Source: a virus. From it: a stretch of DNA of 64,000 nucleotides. A model generated the notes under the pieces. It was given only the letters and a program-made list of their open reading frames with translations, did not search any database and had not been told where the DNA came from. The translations under genes were made by a program, and so were the position numbers. Every line of letters begins with the position of its first letter. Position 1 is the first letter of the stretch. The stretch is from positions 55,267-119,266 of IMG/VR virus record IMGVR_UViG_3300033153_010139; one strand, written 5' to 3'. Of this stretch, positions 1-9,924 are shown in pieces.

Positions 1-19
1 ACCTGTTCAGGAGCCTGCC

Positions 20-709
20 GTGCGAGGAACTCTCATTGTCAGCGATCTTCACTTAGGGGCGCCCAGCCGTTACCCGCAGGCCGACGGCGAACTGTGCCGG
101 ATCCTCTGGCAGCCCTGGGAGCGCATTATCCTGGCCGGCGACGTCTTCGACCTGTGGCGCTCGTCCTACTGGGCGATCCGCAAGGTCCACACGACCGTGC
201 TGGAGACCATCGCAGCGGCCAAGTGCCCGGTAATCTTCATCCCTGGGAACCACGATGACGTATACCGCGGCGTGACCGACCTCGAAGGCATGGAAGTCGT
301 GTGGCCCAGCTACACGTTCACCAGCGGCGGGAAGAAGGTCACCGTCTGCCACGGCGATACCTACGACACCGCCAGCCCGGCGCTGTCGGGTTTCGGGGCT
401 TGGCTGGGTAACGCGGCCGACCGGATCGCGACCTGGCTCGCCGGTCCGGGGGCGTCGATCCAGCGGTCGGTGCGCCACTCATTCGTAGACCGTGGCCCAG
501 GGCGCGAGCGCTACGCCAGACCAATCCTGGAGGCCGCGGCGCGCGATATTGACGCCGATCTGGTGGTGCTCGGCCACACGCACCTCCCGAGCGGGCCGGA
601 GGAGATTGCCGGCAAGATCGTAGTCAACTCGGGAGACTTCGGCTCCGAGCACATGACCTACGTGGTGGTTTCTGAGGGAAAGGCAGAGCTTCGTGACCTA
701 CAGGCATGA
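20..709 (+). CDS. Calcineurin-like metallophosphoesterase (LpxH-like)
   Basis: Motifs SDLHLG, GDVFD, GNHD, CHGD, GHTH. Confidence 0.85.
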   Translation: MRGTLIVSDLHLGAPSRYPQADGELCRILWQPWERIILAGDVFDLWRSSYWAIRKVHTTVLETIAAAKCPVIFIPGNHDDVYRGVTDLEGMEVVWPSYTFTSGGKKVTVCHGDTYDTASPALSGFGAWLGNAADRIATWLAGPGASIQRSVRHSFVDRGPGRERYARPILEAAARDIDADLVVLGHTHLPSGPEEIAGKIVVNSGDFGSEHMTYVVVSEGKAELRDLQA

Positions 710-745
710 TGCCGTAGAATGTCGTGGAGATAGGCGAGGGAGCTG

Positions 746-2722
746 ATGACGACTACCAAAGCGGTCCTCGACATTCAGTCGGATCTCGACCAGCCCAACG
801 CCCCGTCGGTCGCGACCGACGTGGCGAACAAGGGTTACGTGGACTCGGTCGCGGGCGGCGTGGACGCCACTTCCGCATCTGGCGGCGGAATCAAGGGCAA
901 GGCCACGTACGACGAGGACAAGGGGCTTCTCGTTGCGGCGGGCATCGCCGAGGTCAAGGTCGATACGGCGGCCGGCGTCGAATTCAACGGCTCGGGCGCG
1001 ATCAGGGCCAAGGTCTCGCCGACAGAGGCCATCGAGTTCAACGGCAGCGGGGAGATCAGGACCAAGATCGACGGCAGCTCGGTCACCTTGAACGGCTCTG
1101 GCCAGCTGGCCGTCCCAGAGGCTGCCGCGGCGTCCGGTGGCGGGGCCAAGGGGCTGGCGACCTACGATTCCGATAAGGGCATTGCCGTGACGTCTGGGGT
1201 CGCCGAGGTCAAGCTCGACTCGACGCTCCACTTCGACGGTCTGGGCCGAGTGGGAATCGTCGGCGCCGGAGGCGGTGGCGGCGCGATCGGCACCGTGTCG
1301 CAGCGGGCGCAGGTCATTCGGACCATCACAGCCATTACCCCGGCCACGCCGATCACGATCGGAACCGGGATCGACGCCCTGTCGCACCCGAACGGCTCGA
1401 TCACGGGACAACGAATCGAGGTGGCTGTTCCGCCCGACTACTACACGGGTACGCTGGACCTGCGGCTGACCTACCGCATGTCGTCGGCAGTCGGAGGTCC
1501 GAACAACCAGGTCCGGTTGAGCCTGGCAGCCGAGATCGCCCAAGTGACCACCGGGCTGATCGACTTCACGTCGTACCCAGACACGGGCCAGGATCTCATC
1601 ACGCCGACGAACACCGACATCGTGCGGCAGTTAGTGATGTCGCTGACCGCCGGCTCGTTCGATACCGGGGCCACGATCGCGTTCTACGTGAAGCGTCTGG
1701 GCACGCACGCGAACGACCTGCACACGGGCGCCCTCGACATCATCGCCTACGAGTGGGCCTACACGTCGATCGTCGATTCGCGGATGGCTACCCAGACCCT
1801 TGACGTGCTCGTGGCCGCGCCGCCCGAGGCGGCTACCACGCCCAACACGCTGGGCTCCGGGATCGACGCGTGGGACTTCGTGACCGGCACGGACAACTCA
1901 CTGAAGGGCTCGTTCATCGTCCCGGAGAACTGGGACGGGGTGACCGACGCGATCATCTACGCCACCTACGCGATGTCCTCCGGGTCCGCTTCGGTGGTGC
2001 GGCTGGAGACGAGCGGGGAGATCGCCAACGTCACGACCGGCGCCATAGACGTGGTGGTGGCCCAGAACTACGACGTGGGCACAACGGCGGACACGAACGT
2101 CCACAAGGCCGCGATCCGTTCGATTCCGGCGTCGGCGCTCCAGACCGGGAGCCATATCACTGCGAAGCTCGTGCGGCGCGTGTCCGTGGGCAGCAACCAC
2201 CCCGGCAGCTTCCAGCTGATCGGGCTGTCCGTCGCCTTCAGCACGGCGCCGGTCTCCGGCTTCACGGCGATCACGACCGAGGAGCACTTCATCGACGAGT
2301 TCGGGTTCAACATCATCACGACCGACGGCGTCTGGGGCGACTCGGAGTATCCGAGCTTCGCTACAACCTTCGACCAGTACGTCAAGATGAACTCGACCGT
2401 CTCGTCCGGCCGACTCGACGTGGCCTTCTCCGGCCGACTGATGAGTGCGCAGGCCACGGTCGCCCAGGTGAAGATGAACATCATGGGCGTCGGGGCCACG
2501 CCGAGGCACAAGCTGCTGATCTACGCGGAAGGTTCGGGGGCCACGGCCGTCTACGACTCCGGCCTTGTGCCGTCGCCGGTCGCGCCGACCGAGTACGTCA
2601 TTACGGCTGCTATGATGTCGGCCCAACCGCTCGTGCAGAAGCGTTTTCACGTGGTCGTGGAGGCGTATATCGACTCGGGCGAGGTGGTCAAGTGTAGCCT
2701 TCCGTTCGTGCGGCAGGAGTAG
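746..2722 (+). CDS. Virion structural/tail-associated protein
   Basis: 658 aa G/A/T/V-rich; 'DVANKGYVDS' tail-fibre-type motif; internal repeats; paralogous to 8432..9919 and 6273..6740. Confidence 0.65.
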   Translation: MTTTKAVLDIQSDLDQPNAPSVATDVANKGYVDSVAGGVDATSASGGGIKGKATYDEDKGLLVAAGIAEVKVDTAAGVEFNGSGAIRAKVSPTEAIEFNGSGEIRTKIDGSSVTLNGSGQLAVPEAAAASGGGAKGLATYDSDKGIAVTSGVAEVKLDSTLHFDGLGRVGIVGAGGGGGAIGTVSQRAQVIRTITAITPATPITIGTGIDALSHPNGSITGQRIEVAVPPDYYTGTLDLRLTYRMSSAVGGPNNQVRLSLAAEIAQVTTGLIDFTSYPDTGQDLITPTNTDIVRQLVMSLTAGSFDTGATIAFYVKRLGTHANDLHTGALDIIAYEWAYTSIVDSRMATQTLDVLVAAPPEAATTPNTLGSGIDAWDFVTGTDNSLKGSFIVPENWDGVTDAIIYATYAMSSGSASVVRLETSGEIANVTTGAIDVVVAQNYDVGTTADTNVHKAAIRSIPASALQTGSHITAKLVRRVSVGSNHPGSFQLIGLSVAFSTAPVSGFTAITTEEHFIDEFGFNIITTDGVWGDSEYPSFATTFDQYVKMNSTVSSGRLDVAFSGRLMSAQATVAQVKMNIMGVGATPRHKLLIYAEGSGATAVYDSGLVPSPVAPTEYVITAAMMSAQPLVQKRFHVVVEAYIDSGEVVKCSLPFVRQE

Positions 2723-2726
2723 GCCG

Positions 2727-3182
2727 ATGAGCGCCTTCGAGGACTTTGTTGCTCTTGAGCTGCCCAGGCGCTCGACGCTGCTCACCAAGGCGATCACCTC
2801 CTACGATGCCGATCCGAACCTCGGCGGCGCGCCGGCCATCGTCCAGAGCGCGCCGCTCGGCACCTGGTTCTACGAGGAGACCGCAAACAAGTGGTGGCGA
2901 AGGCGCGGGGCGGCGCCGACGACGTGGTCCGACCAGACGTCCGGTGGCGCTGCGACCTTCGACCGCCGAGAGGAGACCTTCGTTCCGACGCTTGGGCAGA
3001 CGGTGTTCACTTTGTCGGCCACGCCGGCAACACCGAACGACACGAGCGTGTTTGTGAACACGGTCAAATACATCTACGGGACCGACTTCTCGGTCGCCGG
3101 CAATCAGGTTACTTGGATCCCCGGCGCCGCCGGGTTTGCGCTGGACGCGCTGGACGTGGTGGAGATCATCTACTTCGTCTAA
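2727..3182 (+). CDS. Virion-associated protein
   Basis: 'GQTVFTL...VFVNTVKYIYGTDFSV' beta-domain typical of tail proteins; operon context. Confidence 0.6.
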   Translation: MSAFEDFVALELPRRSTLLTKAITSYDADPNLGGAPAIVQSAPLGTWFYEETANKWWRRRGAAPTTWSDQTSGGAATFDRREETFVPTLGQTVFTLSATPATPNDTSVFVNTVKYIYGTDFSVAGNQVTWIPGAAGFALDALDVVEIIYFV

Positions 3183-3229
3183 CGGACGGCGGCTTTCGCA
3201 ACACACCACGCAGGGAGTTTTAGGAAGAC

Positions 3230-5698
3230 ATGGCAATCCGAGCAAAGCAAATGCTGTCGAGCACTTTCGACAGCACCCAGGTCACCCGGCTGTTCGCGGC
3301 ACAAGCAATCGCCGGCTCCAAAATCGCCAATGGCGACATCACCGGAACGCAGTTAGCGACGTCGGTGGCCGGCTCCGGCCTGACCGGCGGCGGCGGTTCG
3401 GCGCTGGCTGTCGAGCCCAACGTTACCGACAACGGCCAGGTTCCCGGGCTGGAGGCCGCGGCCAACGGCGTACGGATCGCGGCTGCGGCAGCTGGCAATG
3501 GCCTCGCGGGCGGCGGTGGCACGGCGCTGTCCGTGGATGTGGACTCGGAGACGGGTTCCAACATCCAGCCGGCCAATCTCACCGCCAACGGCGTGGGCGT
3601 GGACATCAACGCCATCGCCGGCACCGGTGTCGAAGCCGACGGTTCCGCCAACCTGCGCCTCGCAACCCAAGGCAACGGTATCGCCGGCGGCAACGGTTCG
3701 ACCCTGAGCGTGGACCCGGACTCCGAGAGCGGCGGCAACACCGAGCCAGTGTCCGTGGGCGCCAACGGCGTCGGGCTCAACGTGTCCGGCATTGCCGGCA
3801 CCGGCATCGAGGCCGATGGGTCGGCGAACCTGCGCCTCGCCGCACAGGGCAACGGCATTACCGGTGGCGCCGGTTCGACCTTGTCGGTCGATCCTGACAC
3901 CGGCATTGCTGTTGGCGCGAGCGGCGTTGCCGTCGATGTCGGATCGACGGTGGACTTCTCCGGCGACACTCCAGTCTGGACATTCGGCAACGAGACCACG
4001 GCCGAGGGGCTATTCGTCACAGGTACGCCGCAAGACGCCAACCACGTGCCCAACAAGAGCTACGTGGACAACGCAATCACTGGACTCACCTGGCTGCCGC
4101 CGGTGCATGTCAAGGAGATGATCGGCTCGGACGCTGCGCTGGACATCGAGGGGTTCTCCCCAGCTGCCGGCGACGCCTACGTGATCGACACGGCCAACGG
4201 CGCCGGCGTGCTCGCCGGTGCGACAGTGGGCGACATCTGGGAGTACAGCGGATCCGCGTGGGCGCTGATCATCGCCGGCGACGGCGGCTATGTAGCCAAC
4301 GGCTACCGAGCACTCGCCTCGATCCAGACGGCGCTCAACGGTTCCATCGGGTTGGTGAACGACACCGACGACGGCAAGGTGTTGGAGTGGGATGGCACGA
4401 GCCTGACCCCGGCCAAGACCTCGCCGTCCAGTGGCGACGCGGCCCTGATCACAGATCAGGACGCGGACGGCGACTCGATCTACGCCAACAGCGCCTTCAC
4501 GTTCGAGGGCGCGGTCCCGACCGGAACGTGGATCCAGTTCTCTGGCGCGGGGTCGATCAACGCTGGCGCTGGCCTCAGCAAGGACGGCAACACGATCAAC
4601 GTTGGCGACGCCAACAAGGGCGTCCAGGCTAACGCGGACGACCTGGAAATCGCCGCCAGCGAGATCGTCAGCAACGGTCTTGGCGTAGGCGCCAGCTCAC
4701 ACCTGCTGGCCGTCAAGCCGAACACCGCCGACAACGGTGGTGTTCCTGGCGTGGAGGTCGCGGCCAACGGGCTGAGGCTCGCGGCTGCGGCAGCTGGCGA
4801 TGGCCTGGCCGGAGGCGCGGGCGACGCGCTCTCGGTGGATTCCGACACGGAGACCGGCGGAAACATCCAGGGCGTCAACGTCACAGCGAACGGCGCTGGG
4901 CTCGATGTCTCGGCCGTTGCCGGTACTGGCGTTGAGGCGGACGGTTCCGCGAACCTGCGCCTCGCGACGCAGGGCAACGGCATCGCCGGCGGCAACGGTT
5001 CGACGTTGAGCGTCGATTCCGACACGGAAACTGGCGGGAATGTCCAGGGCGCCAACGTCACGGCCAACGGCGTAGGTGTAGACATCAACGCAATCGCCGG
5101 CACCGGTCTCGAAGCCGACGGCAGCGCGAACCTTCGTCTGGCGACGCAGGGCAATGGCATCTCCGGCGGCAACGGTTCGACGTTGAGCGTGGATCCCGAC
5201 ACCGGCATTGCCGTCGGCGCCAGCGGCGTCGCTATCGATGTCGGCTCGACGGTGGACTTCTCCGGCGATACGCCGGTTTGGACCTTCGGCAACGAGACCA
5301 CTGCTGAGGGGCTATTCGTCACCGGCACGCCGCAAGACGCCAACCACGTGCCCAACAAGAGCTACGTGGATACCGCTGTCGGGAACGTCAACACGGCGGC
5401 CCTGACCGCATCCGACAAGGCCAGGATCCCGTCGTCCGCGACGTCCGGGAACTACTCAACGACTGGCCTCACGATTTCGGCCACGCCGCTCGGCTGGGTC
5501 GGGATCTACGTCAACGGTATCCTCTACGAGCTGGGCGCCGACCGCACGAAGGCGTGCTACTTCAGCTCGGACGGCGGCACGACCGCCAAGGCGATTGCGG
5601 CCATCGCCAGTGGCGACACGCTCTACTGGAACGGTTCGATCATTGGCTGGGAACTCGACGACTCCACCGACGTGGTGGACATGGTTTACGAGACCTAG
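3230..5698 (+). CDS. Tail fibre-like protein with internal repeats
   Basis: 822 aa Gly/Ala/Asn-rich; repeated 'AGTGxEADGSANLRLAxQGNGIxGGxGSTLSVD'; 'NKSYVD' twice; 'WIQFSGAGSINAGAGLSKDGNTI'. Confidence 0.75.
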   Translation: MAIRAKQMLSSTFDSTQVTRLFAAQAIAGSKIANGDITGTQLATSVAGSGLTGGGGSALAVEPNVTDNGQVPGLEAAANGVRIAAAAAGNGLAGGGGTALSVDVDSETGSNIQPANLTANGVGVDINAIAGTGVEADGSANLRLATQGNGIAGGNGSTLSVDPDSESGGNTEPVSVGANGVGLNVSGIAGTGIEADGSANLRLAAQGNGITGGAGSTLSVDPDTGIAVGASGVAVDVGSTVDFSGDTPVWTFGNETTAEGLFVTGTPQDANHVPNKSYVDNAITGLTWLPPVHVKEMIGSDAALDIEGFSPAAGDAYVIDTANGAGVLAGATVGDIWEYSGSAWALIIAGDGGYVANGYRALASIQTALNGSIGLVNDTDDGKVLEWDGTSLTPAKTSPSSGDAALITDQDADGDSIYANSAFTFEGAVPTGTWIQFSGAGSINAGAGLSKDGNTINVGDANKGVQANADDLEIAASEIVSNGLGVGASSHLLAVKPNTADNGGVPGVEVAANGLRLAAAAAGDGLAGGAGDALSVDSDTETGGNIQGVNVTANGAGLDVSAVAGTGVEADGSANLRLATQGNGIAGGNGSTLSVDSDTETGGNVQGANVTANGVGVDINAIAGTGLEADGSANLRLATQGNGISGGNGSTLSVDPDTGIAVGASGVAIDVGSTVDFSGDTPVWTFGNETTAEGLFVTGTPQDANHVPNKSYVDTAVGNVNTAALTASDKARIPSSATSGNYSTTGLTISATPLGWVGIYVNGILYELGADRTKACYFSSDGGTTAKAIAAIASGDTLYWNGSIIGWELDDSTDVVDMVYET
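3415..5370 (+). repeat. Intragenic duplication (~3415-4070 vs ~4715-5370)
   Basis: Near-identical peptide blocks, e.g. 'DPDTGIAVGASGVAxDVGSTVDFSGDTPVWTFGNETTAEGLFVTGTPQDANHVPNKSYVD' twice, with synonymous DNA differences. Confidence 0.85.
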
Positions 5699-5728
5699 CA
5701 GAGCGGGTTAGGGTAGAGGTCCAAGCGC

Positions 5729-6262
5729 ATGAAACAGCTGAAACCTGGACAACGCGGGCTCAAAGCTGCGCAGATTCGCAACGCACCGGACTTCCCGGTG
5801 CAGAACCTCTACCCGTGCGCCCAGGGGCCGGAGCCGTTCGTGGCCTGGCTCCTGGGAGATCTGCAGCTCGCCGAAGGCATCCTGTTCCGCTCGGACGGCT
5901 ACGTCTCTTACGTTCCGGCAATGATCGCCAGAATGAAGATCAAGCGTGTTCTCGTCATCGCCCATGTCGATGGTTTCGACGAGGAATGCGAGTACCGGCT
6001 TCGGCTGGTCTACACGAGCAAGACGGGTGAGTATTTCGAGATCGTTTCGGTCGTGCTTCGTGCCGCCGAAACCGAGCGCTTCCCGTTCGAGATTCCGCTG
6101 GAGCACGTGGATCCGGCAGGCTGGCTCACATGCGCGCTCAACGTCGAGCTGCTCACGCCCATGCCGGCTGGACCCGCCTATGACGCTGCTGTCGCCATCG
6201 GCTGCGAGGCTCCCCATATGCCTGTGAGCATTCGCGGTTCTTACTTGGAGATCACCGGATGA
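5729..6262 (+). CDS. Hypothetical protein (structural module)
   Basis: 177 aa ORF collinear with neighbours. Confidence 0.6.
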   Translation: MKQLKPGQRGLKAAQIRNAPDFPVQNLYPCAQGPEPFVAWLLGDLQLAEGILFRSDGYVSYVPAMIARMKIKRVLVIAHVDGFDEECEYRLRLVYTSKTGEYFEIVSVVLRAAETERFPFEIPLEHVDPAGWLTCALNVELLTPMPAGPAYDAAVAIGCEAPHMPVSIRGSYLEITG

Positions 6263-6272
6263 GGAAACGGTA

Positions 6273-6740
6273 GTGCCAGGTCCAAGGCAAAAGCAGCTCC
6301 GCGTCCAGCACTACCTGCCATTGGGCATTTACGGCATCGTTTCGGAGAGCGGCATCACCGTCGATTCGCAAGCTCCGAGCTTGGCTGGCGACTTCGAGAT
6401 CTACGACCGCTTCACGGCCACAGAGGACTCTCGCCGGGCTGATGTCTACTACCAAGGGAGTCTTGAAGCGAGCGAGGGGAAGATCGCCGAGATCAAGATC
6501 CCGATCAAGGGCAGCAGCACCAACGCGCAGTACCGTGTGCTCGTCTACGCCGAGGGCTCTGGCGCTTCGGCGGTCTACGACAGCTCACTGTCGGCGGCGT
6601 CAGTCACACGGACGGTCACGACGATCACGTCATTCTCCGCGCCTCCCACCGGGGAGAAGCGTTACCATATCAAGGTCGAAGCGCACCTGGACACCGGCGA
6701 GATTCTCTACGTCGGCCGACCGCGCGTCAGGCACGGGTGA
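6273..6740 (+). CDS. Stand-alone copy of the C-terminal domain of 746..2722/8432..9919
   Basis: 'YRVLVYAEGSGASAVYDS...KRYHIKVEAHLDTGEILYVGRP' matches the paralog C-termini. Confidence 0.7.
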   Translation: MPGPRQKQLRVQHYLPLGIYGIVSESGITVDSQAPSLAGDFEIYDRFTATEDSRRADVYYQGSLEASEGKIAEIKIPIKGSSTNAQYRVLVYAEGSGASAVYDSSLSAASVTRTVTTITSFSAPPTGEKRYHIKVEAHLDTGEILYVGRPRVRHG

Positions 6741-6744
6741 TCAC

Positions 6745-8133
6745 ATGCCGCTTACCGTAGGGAACCAGAACATCCGCACCAGCCGCATGGTCTCGGCCAA
6801 CATCACCGAGGCCACGCACGGGTTTACCGTTGGCGAGCCCGTCTCCTACGACGGCTCCAACTGGGTCCAGGCTAAAGCGGACGACGTCACCACAGAGGCC
6901 CTCGGCCTCGTCTACGAGGTAGTCGATACCAACACGTTCACCTACCTCAGTCGCGGGAGCTTCTCGCGCACAACGCCGCAGTGGGACGCGCTCGTCGGCA
7001 CGACCGGCGGCCTGGTCGCCGGCTCGGACTACGCCGTGTCGCAAACCACGGCTGGCCAGTACGAAACGACGGAACCGACGTCGGGCGTCATTCAGTTCAT
7101 GTTCCGCGCGATCAGCACGACCGAGGTCGAGGTCTATTGCGCCACGCCGAGGTTCAACTCGTGGACCGGTGCGCACGTCCACGACGCGAATCTCGGCGGC
7201 TTTTCGACCGTGCTTCCGGCGGGCTCCTCGTACGCCGAGGTGCAGGCGGCGCTGGACGCCTACCAGATCGTCTACCTGCAACAAGGGGAATACAACACCT
7301 GGGGGACCGGCTACCTCCGGCTCCGCATCCCGAGCTACACACACCTGATCGGCCTGTCCCTCGGCTACCAGTACATAACCAGCAGCTACACGCCTCGGAT
7401 AACCTTGTCCGGGTCCAACCAGGGCGTAGAGCTGCAAGCCGGTGCGTCGATCAGGAACGTAGGCTTCTACTGCAGCTACAGCGGCACGTCGTCCGCGTCA
7501 GCCCTCTTCACCTGCAGCTACAGCAGCCGGAACTTGATCAAGAACTGCTGGGCGGACTTCGCCAACCAGTGCGCACAGAACTTCCTTACGGCGAATGGGC
7601 CGTGCCGTGTGGAGGACTGCACGGCTTACCGGCTTCCGAACACCTCTAGTCCGGGCGGCTACGTGATCAGCATAGCGGGTTACAGCGCCGCGACGCTGGT
7701 TCCGTACCACGGCGTCCACAACTGCCGCATTTACTTCACCAGCTCGCCGACGCTCGGGAGCAGGGGCGGGATCAGCTGCACCTACGGCGGGCAGATCAAG
7801 GACACCCTCGTATTCAATGCCCCAGGTCACGGGTTCTACATGACCTCGTCCAACGGGTACCAGCCGGGCCAGATCAACGGCTGTTACGCCTACAACTGTG
7901 GGGTTTCCACCGCCTACCACGGGTTCTATATGCTCGGCGCCGGGGATGCGAGCTGGCTTACCTGTATCAACAACAAGGCGGCTGATTGCAACGGTTGGGG
8001 GTTCTGGTTTCCGTCCGGTTACTCCGGTAGCCACGGCGGCGCTGCGACCAACAACCACTCACATCAATGCCCGGCCGGCGCTTATCAATTCAGCGGCAGT
8101 TTCCTAAACAATAACGGGAACCACAGCAACTAG
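6745..8133 (+). CDS. Tail spike-like protein with probable right-handed beta-helix
   Basis: ATG 6745 (MPLTVGNQ); N-terminal 'HGFTVGEPV...ALGLV' domain; C-terminal Asn/Cys/Gly pectate-lyase-like repeats. Confidence 0.6.
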   Translation: MPLTVGNQNIRTSRMVSANITEATHGFTVGEPVSYDGSNWVQAKADDVTTEALGLVYEVVDTNTFTYLSRGSFSRTTPQWDALVGTTGGLVAGSDYAVSQTTAGQYETTEPTSGVIQFMFRAISTTEVEVYCATPRFNSWTGAHVHDANLGGFSTVLPAGSSYAEVQAALDAYQIVYLQQGEYNTWGTGYLRLRIPSYTHLIGLSLGYQYITSSYTPRITLSGSNQGVELQAGASIRNVGFYCSYSGTSSASALFTCSYSSRNLIKNCWADFANQCAQNFLTANGPCRVEDCTAYRLPNTSSPGGYVISIAGYSAATLVPYHGVHNCRIYFTSSPTLGSRGGISCTYGGQIKDTLVFNAPGHGFYMTSSNGYQPGQINGCYAYNCGVSTAYHGFYMLGAGDASWLTCINNKAADCNGWGFWFPSGYSGSHGGAATNNHSHQCPAGAYQFSGSFLNNNGNHSN

Positions 8134-8137
8134 GGGA

Positions 8138-8428
8138 ATGGGCATGAGTACATTCGCTTGCCACTGCGGCGGGATCGTCACGGGAACCTCCGATCCCGAC
8201 CCGGAACGCGACGACAACCCTACCTGGACCTTCGCCTGCAACGATCACCGGGGCGCCGGTCCGCGCGAACTGCTCATTGTTCGCGTCAGCGGAACGCCGA
8301 CCGGCGAGAGGGCTCTTGCGCTGACCGAGGAAGATCGCATGGCGGTCATGAAGGACGCCATCGACGTTAACGGGCAGTGGTTGCTCGACAACCCGACGAC
8401 TCCGCTCACATCAGACGTGATACTGTGA
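8138..8428 (+). CDS. Small hypothetical (possible fibre chaperone)
   Basis: 96 aa directly after the spike-like gene. Confidence 0.5.
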   Translation: MGMSTFACHCGGIVTGTSDPDPERDDNPTWTFACNDHRGAGPRELLIVRVSGTPTGERALALTEEDRMAVMKDAIDVNGQWLLDNPTTPLTSDVIL

Positions 8429-8431
8429 CAC

Positions 8432-9919
8432 ATGCCCAGACTTGTTGTTGACGGAACGATCCCAGGCAGCGGTGGCGCCGGCAGCGTACAGGTCACCGGC
8501 TCCATTTCGCACCTCGTGCCGTTCACCGAGAACATCCCGACGGTTTCGGCACCGACCCTGGGGACAGCGGGAACCGCTACCGGTACGTTGGACCACCCAG
8601 ACGCTGCCACGACGGGCCAGAAGTTCGAGATCACCGTCCCGGACGACTACGATTCCGGCAATCTGACCGTCAGCATCACCTACGCCATGTCCACGTCGTA
8701 CTCCGGCAACGTGCGGCTGGAGACGACCGCCGAGATTGCGCAGGCATCAGCGGGCACGATCGACTCGGCCTCCTACCCGGCCACCGGCGTCACGATCACG
8801 CCGCCGACGGACACGGCCATCGCGAAGGAGGTGCTGCTCACCATCGACGAGGGCGACATCCAAGCCGGTGACCAGATCGTCGTCTTAGTCAAGCGCATCG
8901 GGGCCGACGGCCTGGACTCGCACACGGGCGACTGGCGCCTCATCGCCTACACCTACACCTACACGGGCCAGCTGGCCGCCAGGAACGTCTCGCAGTTCAT
9001 TGCGCTGTTCTCGGACACCGACGAAACGCGACCGCCAGCCGGTCTCATTGGCAATATCTCGACCCTGGACTTCAATCCTTCCGTGGACCGCGAGCAGAAA
9101 TTCGAGGTGCTGGTCCCCGAGCACTGGGACAGCTACTCGGATGGCCACGTCCGGTTCGTCTTCGCGATGTCCACGGCGGTAGACGCGTTCGTCAAGCTGG
9201 AGACCGAGGTCGAGATCGCGAACGCTACGGACGGCACCTACGACCTTTACTCGGCTGAGGCGCAGATCCTCGATCTCGATGCAGACACGAACCCGCACCG
9301 CACGGTCACGGTCCGGTCCATTCCCGTGGCTGCCATGCACAAAGGCGACCACGTCACGATCAAGATCGCCCGTCGGGGAACGTCCGGCGACGACACGCAC
9401 TCGGGCGCGTGGCGGCTCATGTCTGCGCACTTCGCGACCGGCATTTCGCCGACGTCCGGCGCAATCGTTTCACCGACGGCCTACTACATCCAGATCCACG
9501 ACTTCGAGGAGGTCTCCGGCACGGTCTATGGCGATCTCCTGTCGCCCGACTTCGCCGGCGACTTTGAGACCTGGACGAAGATGTCGTCGGACTCGGCCGG
9601 CGGCCGGATCGACGTTGCGTTCCAAGGCAAGCTCCGCGCCGACCAGACGACGCTCGCGGAGTTCCAGCTCGCCATCAAAGGCAACCTGGCCACGGCGCAG
9701 TACCAGGTCAAGCTCTACGTCGATGGCTCGGGCGCGACGCAGAAGCTCACTCCGTCAGCGCTGACCTTCGCCCCGACGTCGCGCACGAAGCTCATCTACA
9801 GCGCGTCCGACTTCTCGGCTCAACCAACAGGCGACGGGCGATACTTCATCGTGGTCGAGGCGACGCTCGACACTGGTGAGATCCTTTACGTCGGCCGGCC
9901 CTACGTGAAGCAGGAGTAA
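8432..9919 (+). CDS. Virion structural protein, paralog of 746..2722
   Basis: Two repeats 'VPDDY/VPEHWD...YAMST...VRLET.AEIA...VKR.G..DSH.G.W.L' plus shared C-terminal domain. Confidence 0.7.
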   Translation: MPRLVVDGTIPGSGGAGSVQVTGSISHLVPFTENIPTVSAPTLGTAGTATGTLDHPDAATTGQKFEITVPDDYDSGNLTVSITYAMSTSYSGNVRLETTAEIAQASAGTIDSASYPATGVTITPPTDTAIAKEVLLTIDEGDIQAGDQIVVLVKRIGADGLDSHTGDWRLIAYTYTYTGQLAARNVSQFIALFSDTDETRPPAGLIGNISTLDFNPSVDREQKFEVLVPEHWDSYSDGHVRFVFAMSTAVDAFVKLETEVEIANATDGTYDLYSAEAQILDLDADTNPHRTVTVRSIPVAAMHKGDHVTIKIARRGTSGDDTHSGAWRLMSAHFATGISPTSGAIVSPTAYYIQIHDFEEVSGTVYGDLLSPDFAGDFETWTKMSSDSAGGRIDVAFQGKLRADQTTLAEFQLAIKGNLATAQYQVKLYVDGSGATQKLTPSALTFAPTSRTKLIYSASDFSAQPTGDGRYFIVVEATLDTGEILYVGRPYVKQE

Positions 9920-9924
9920 GCCGC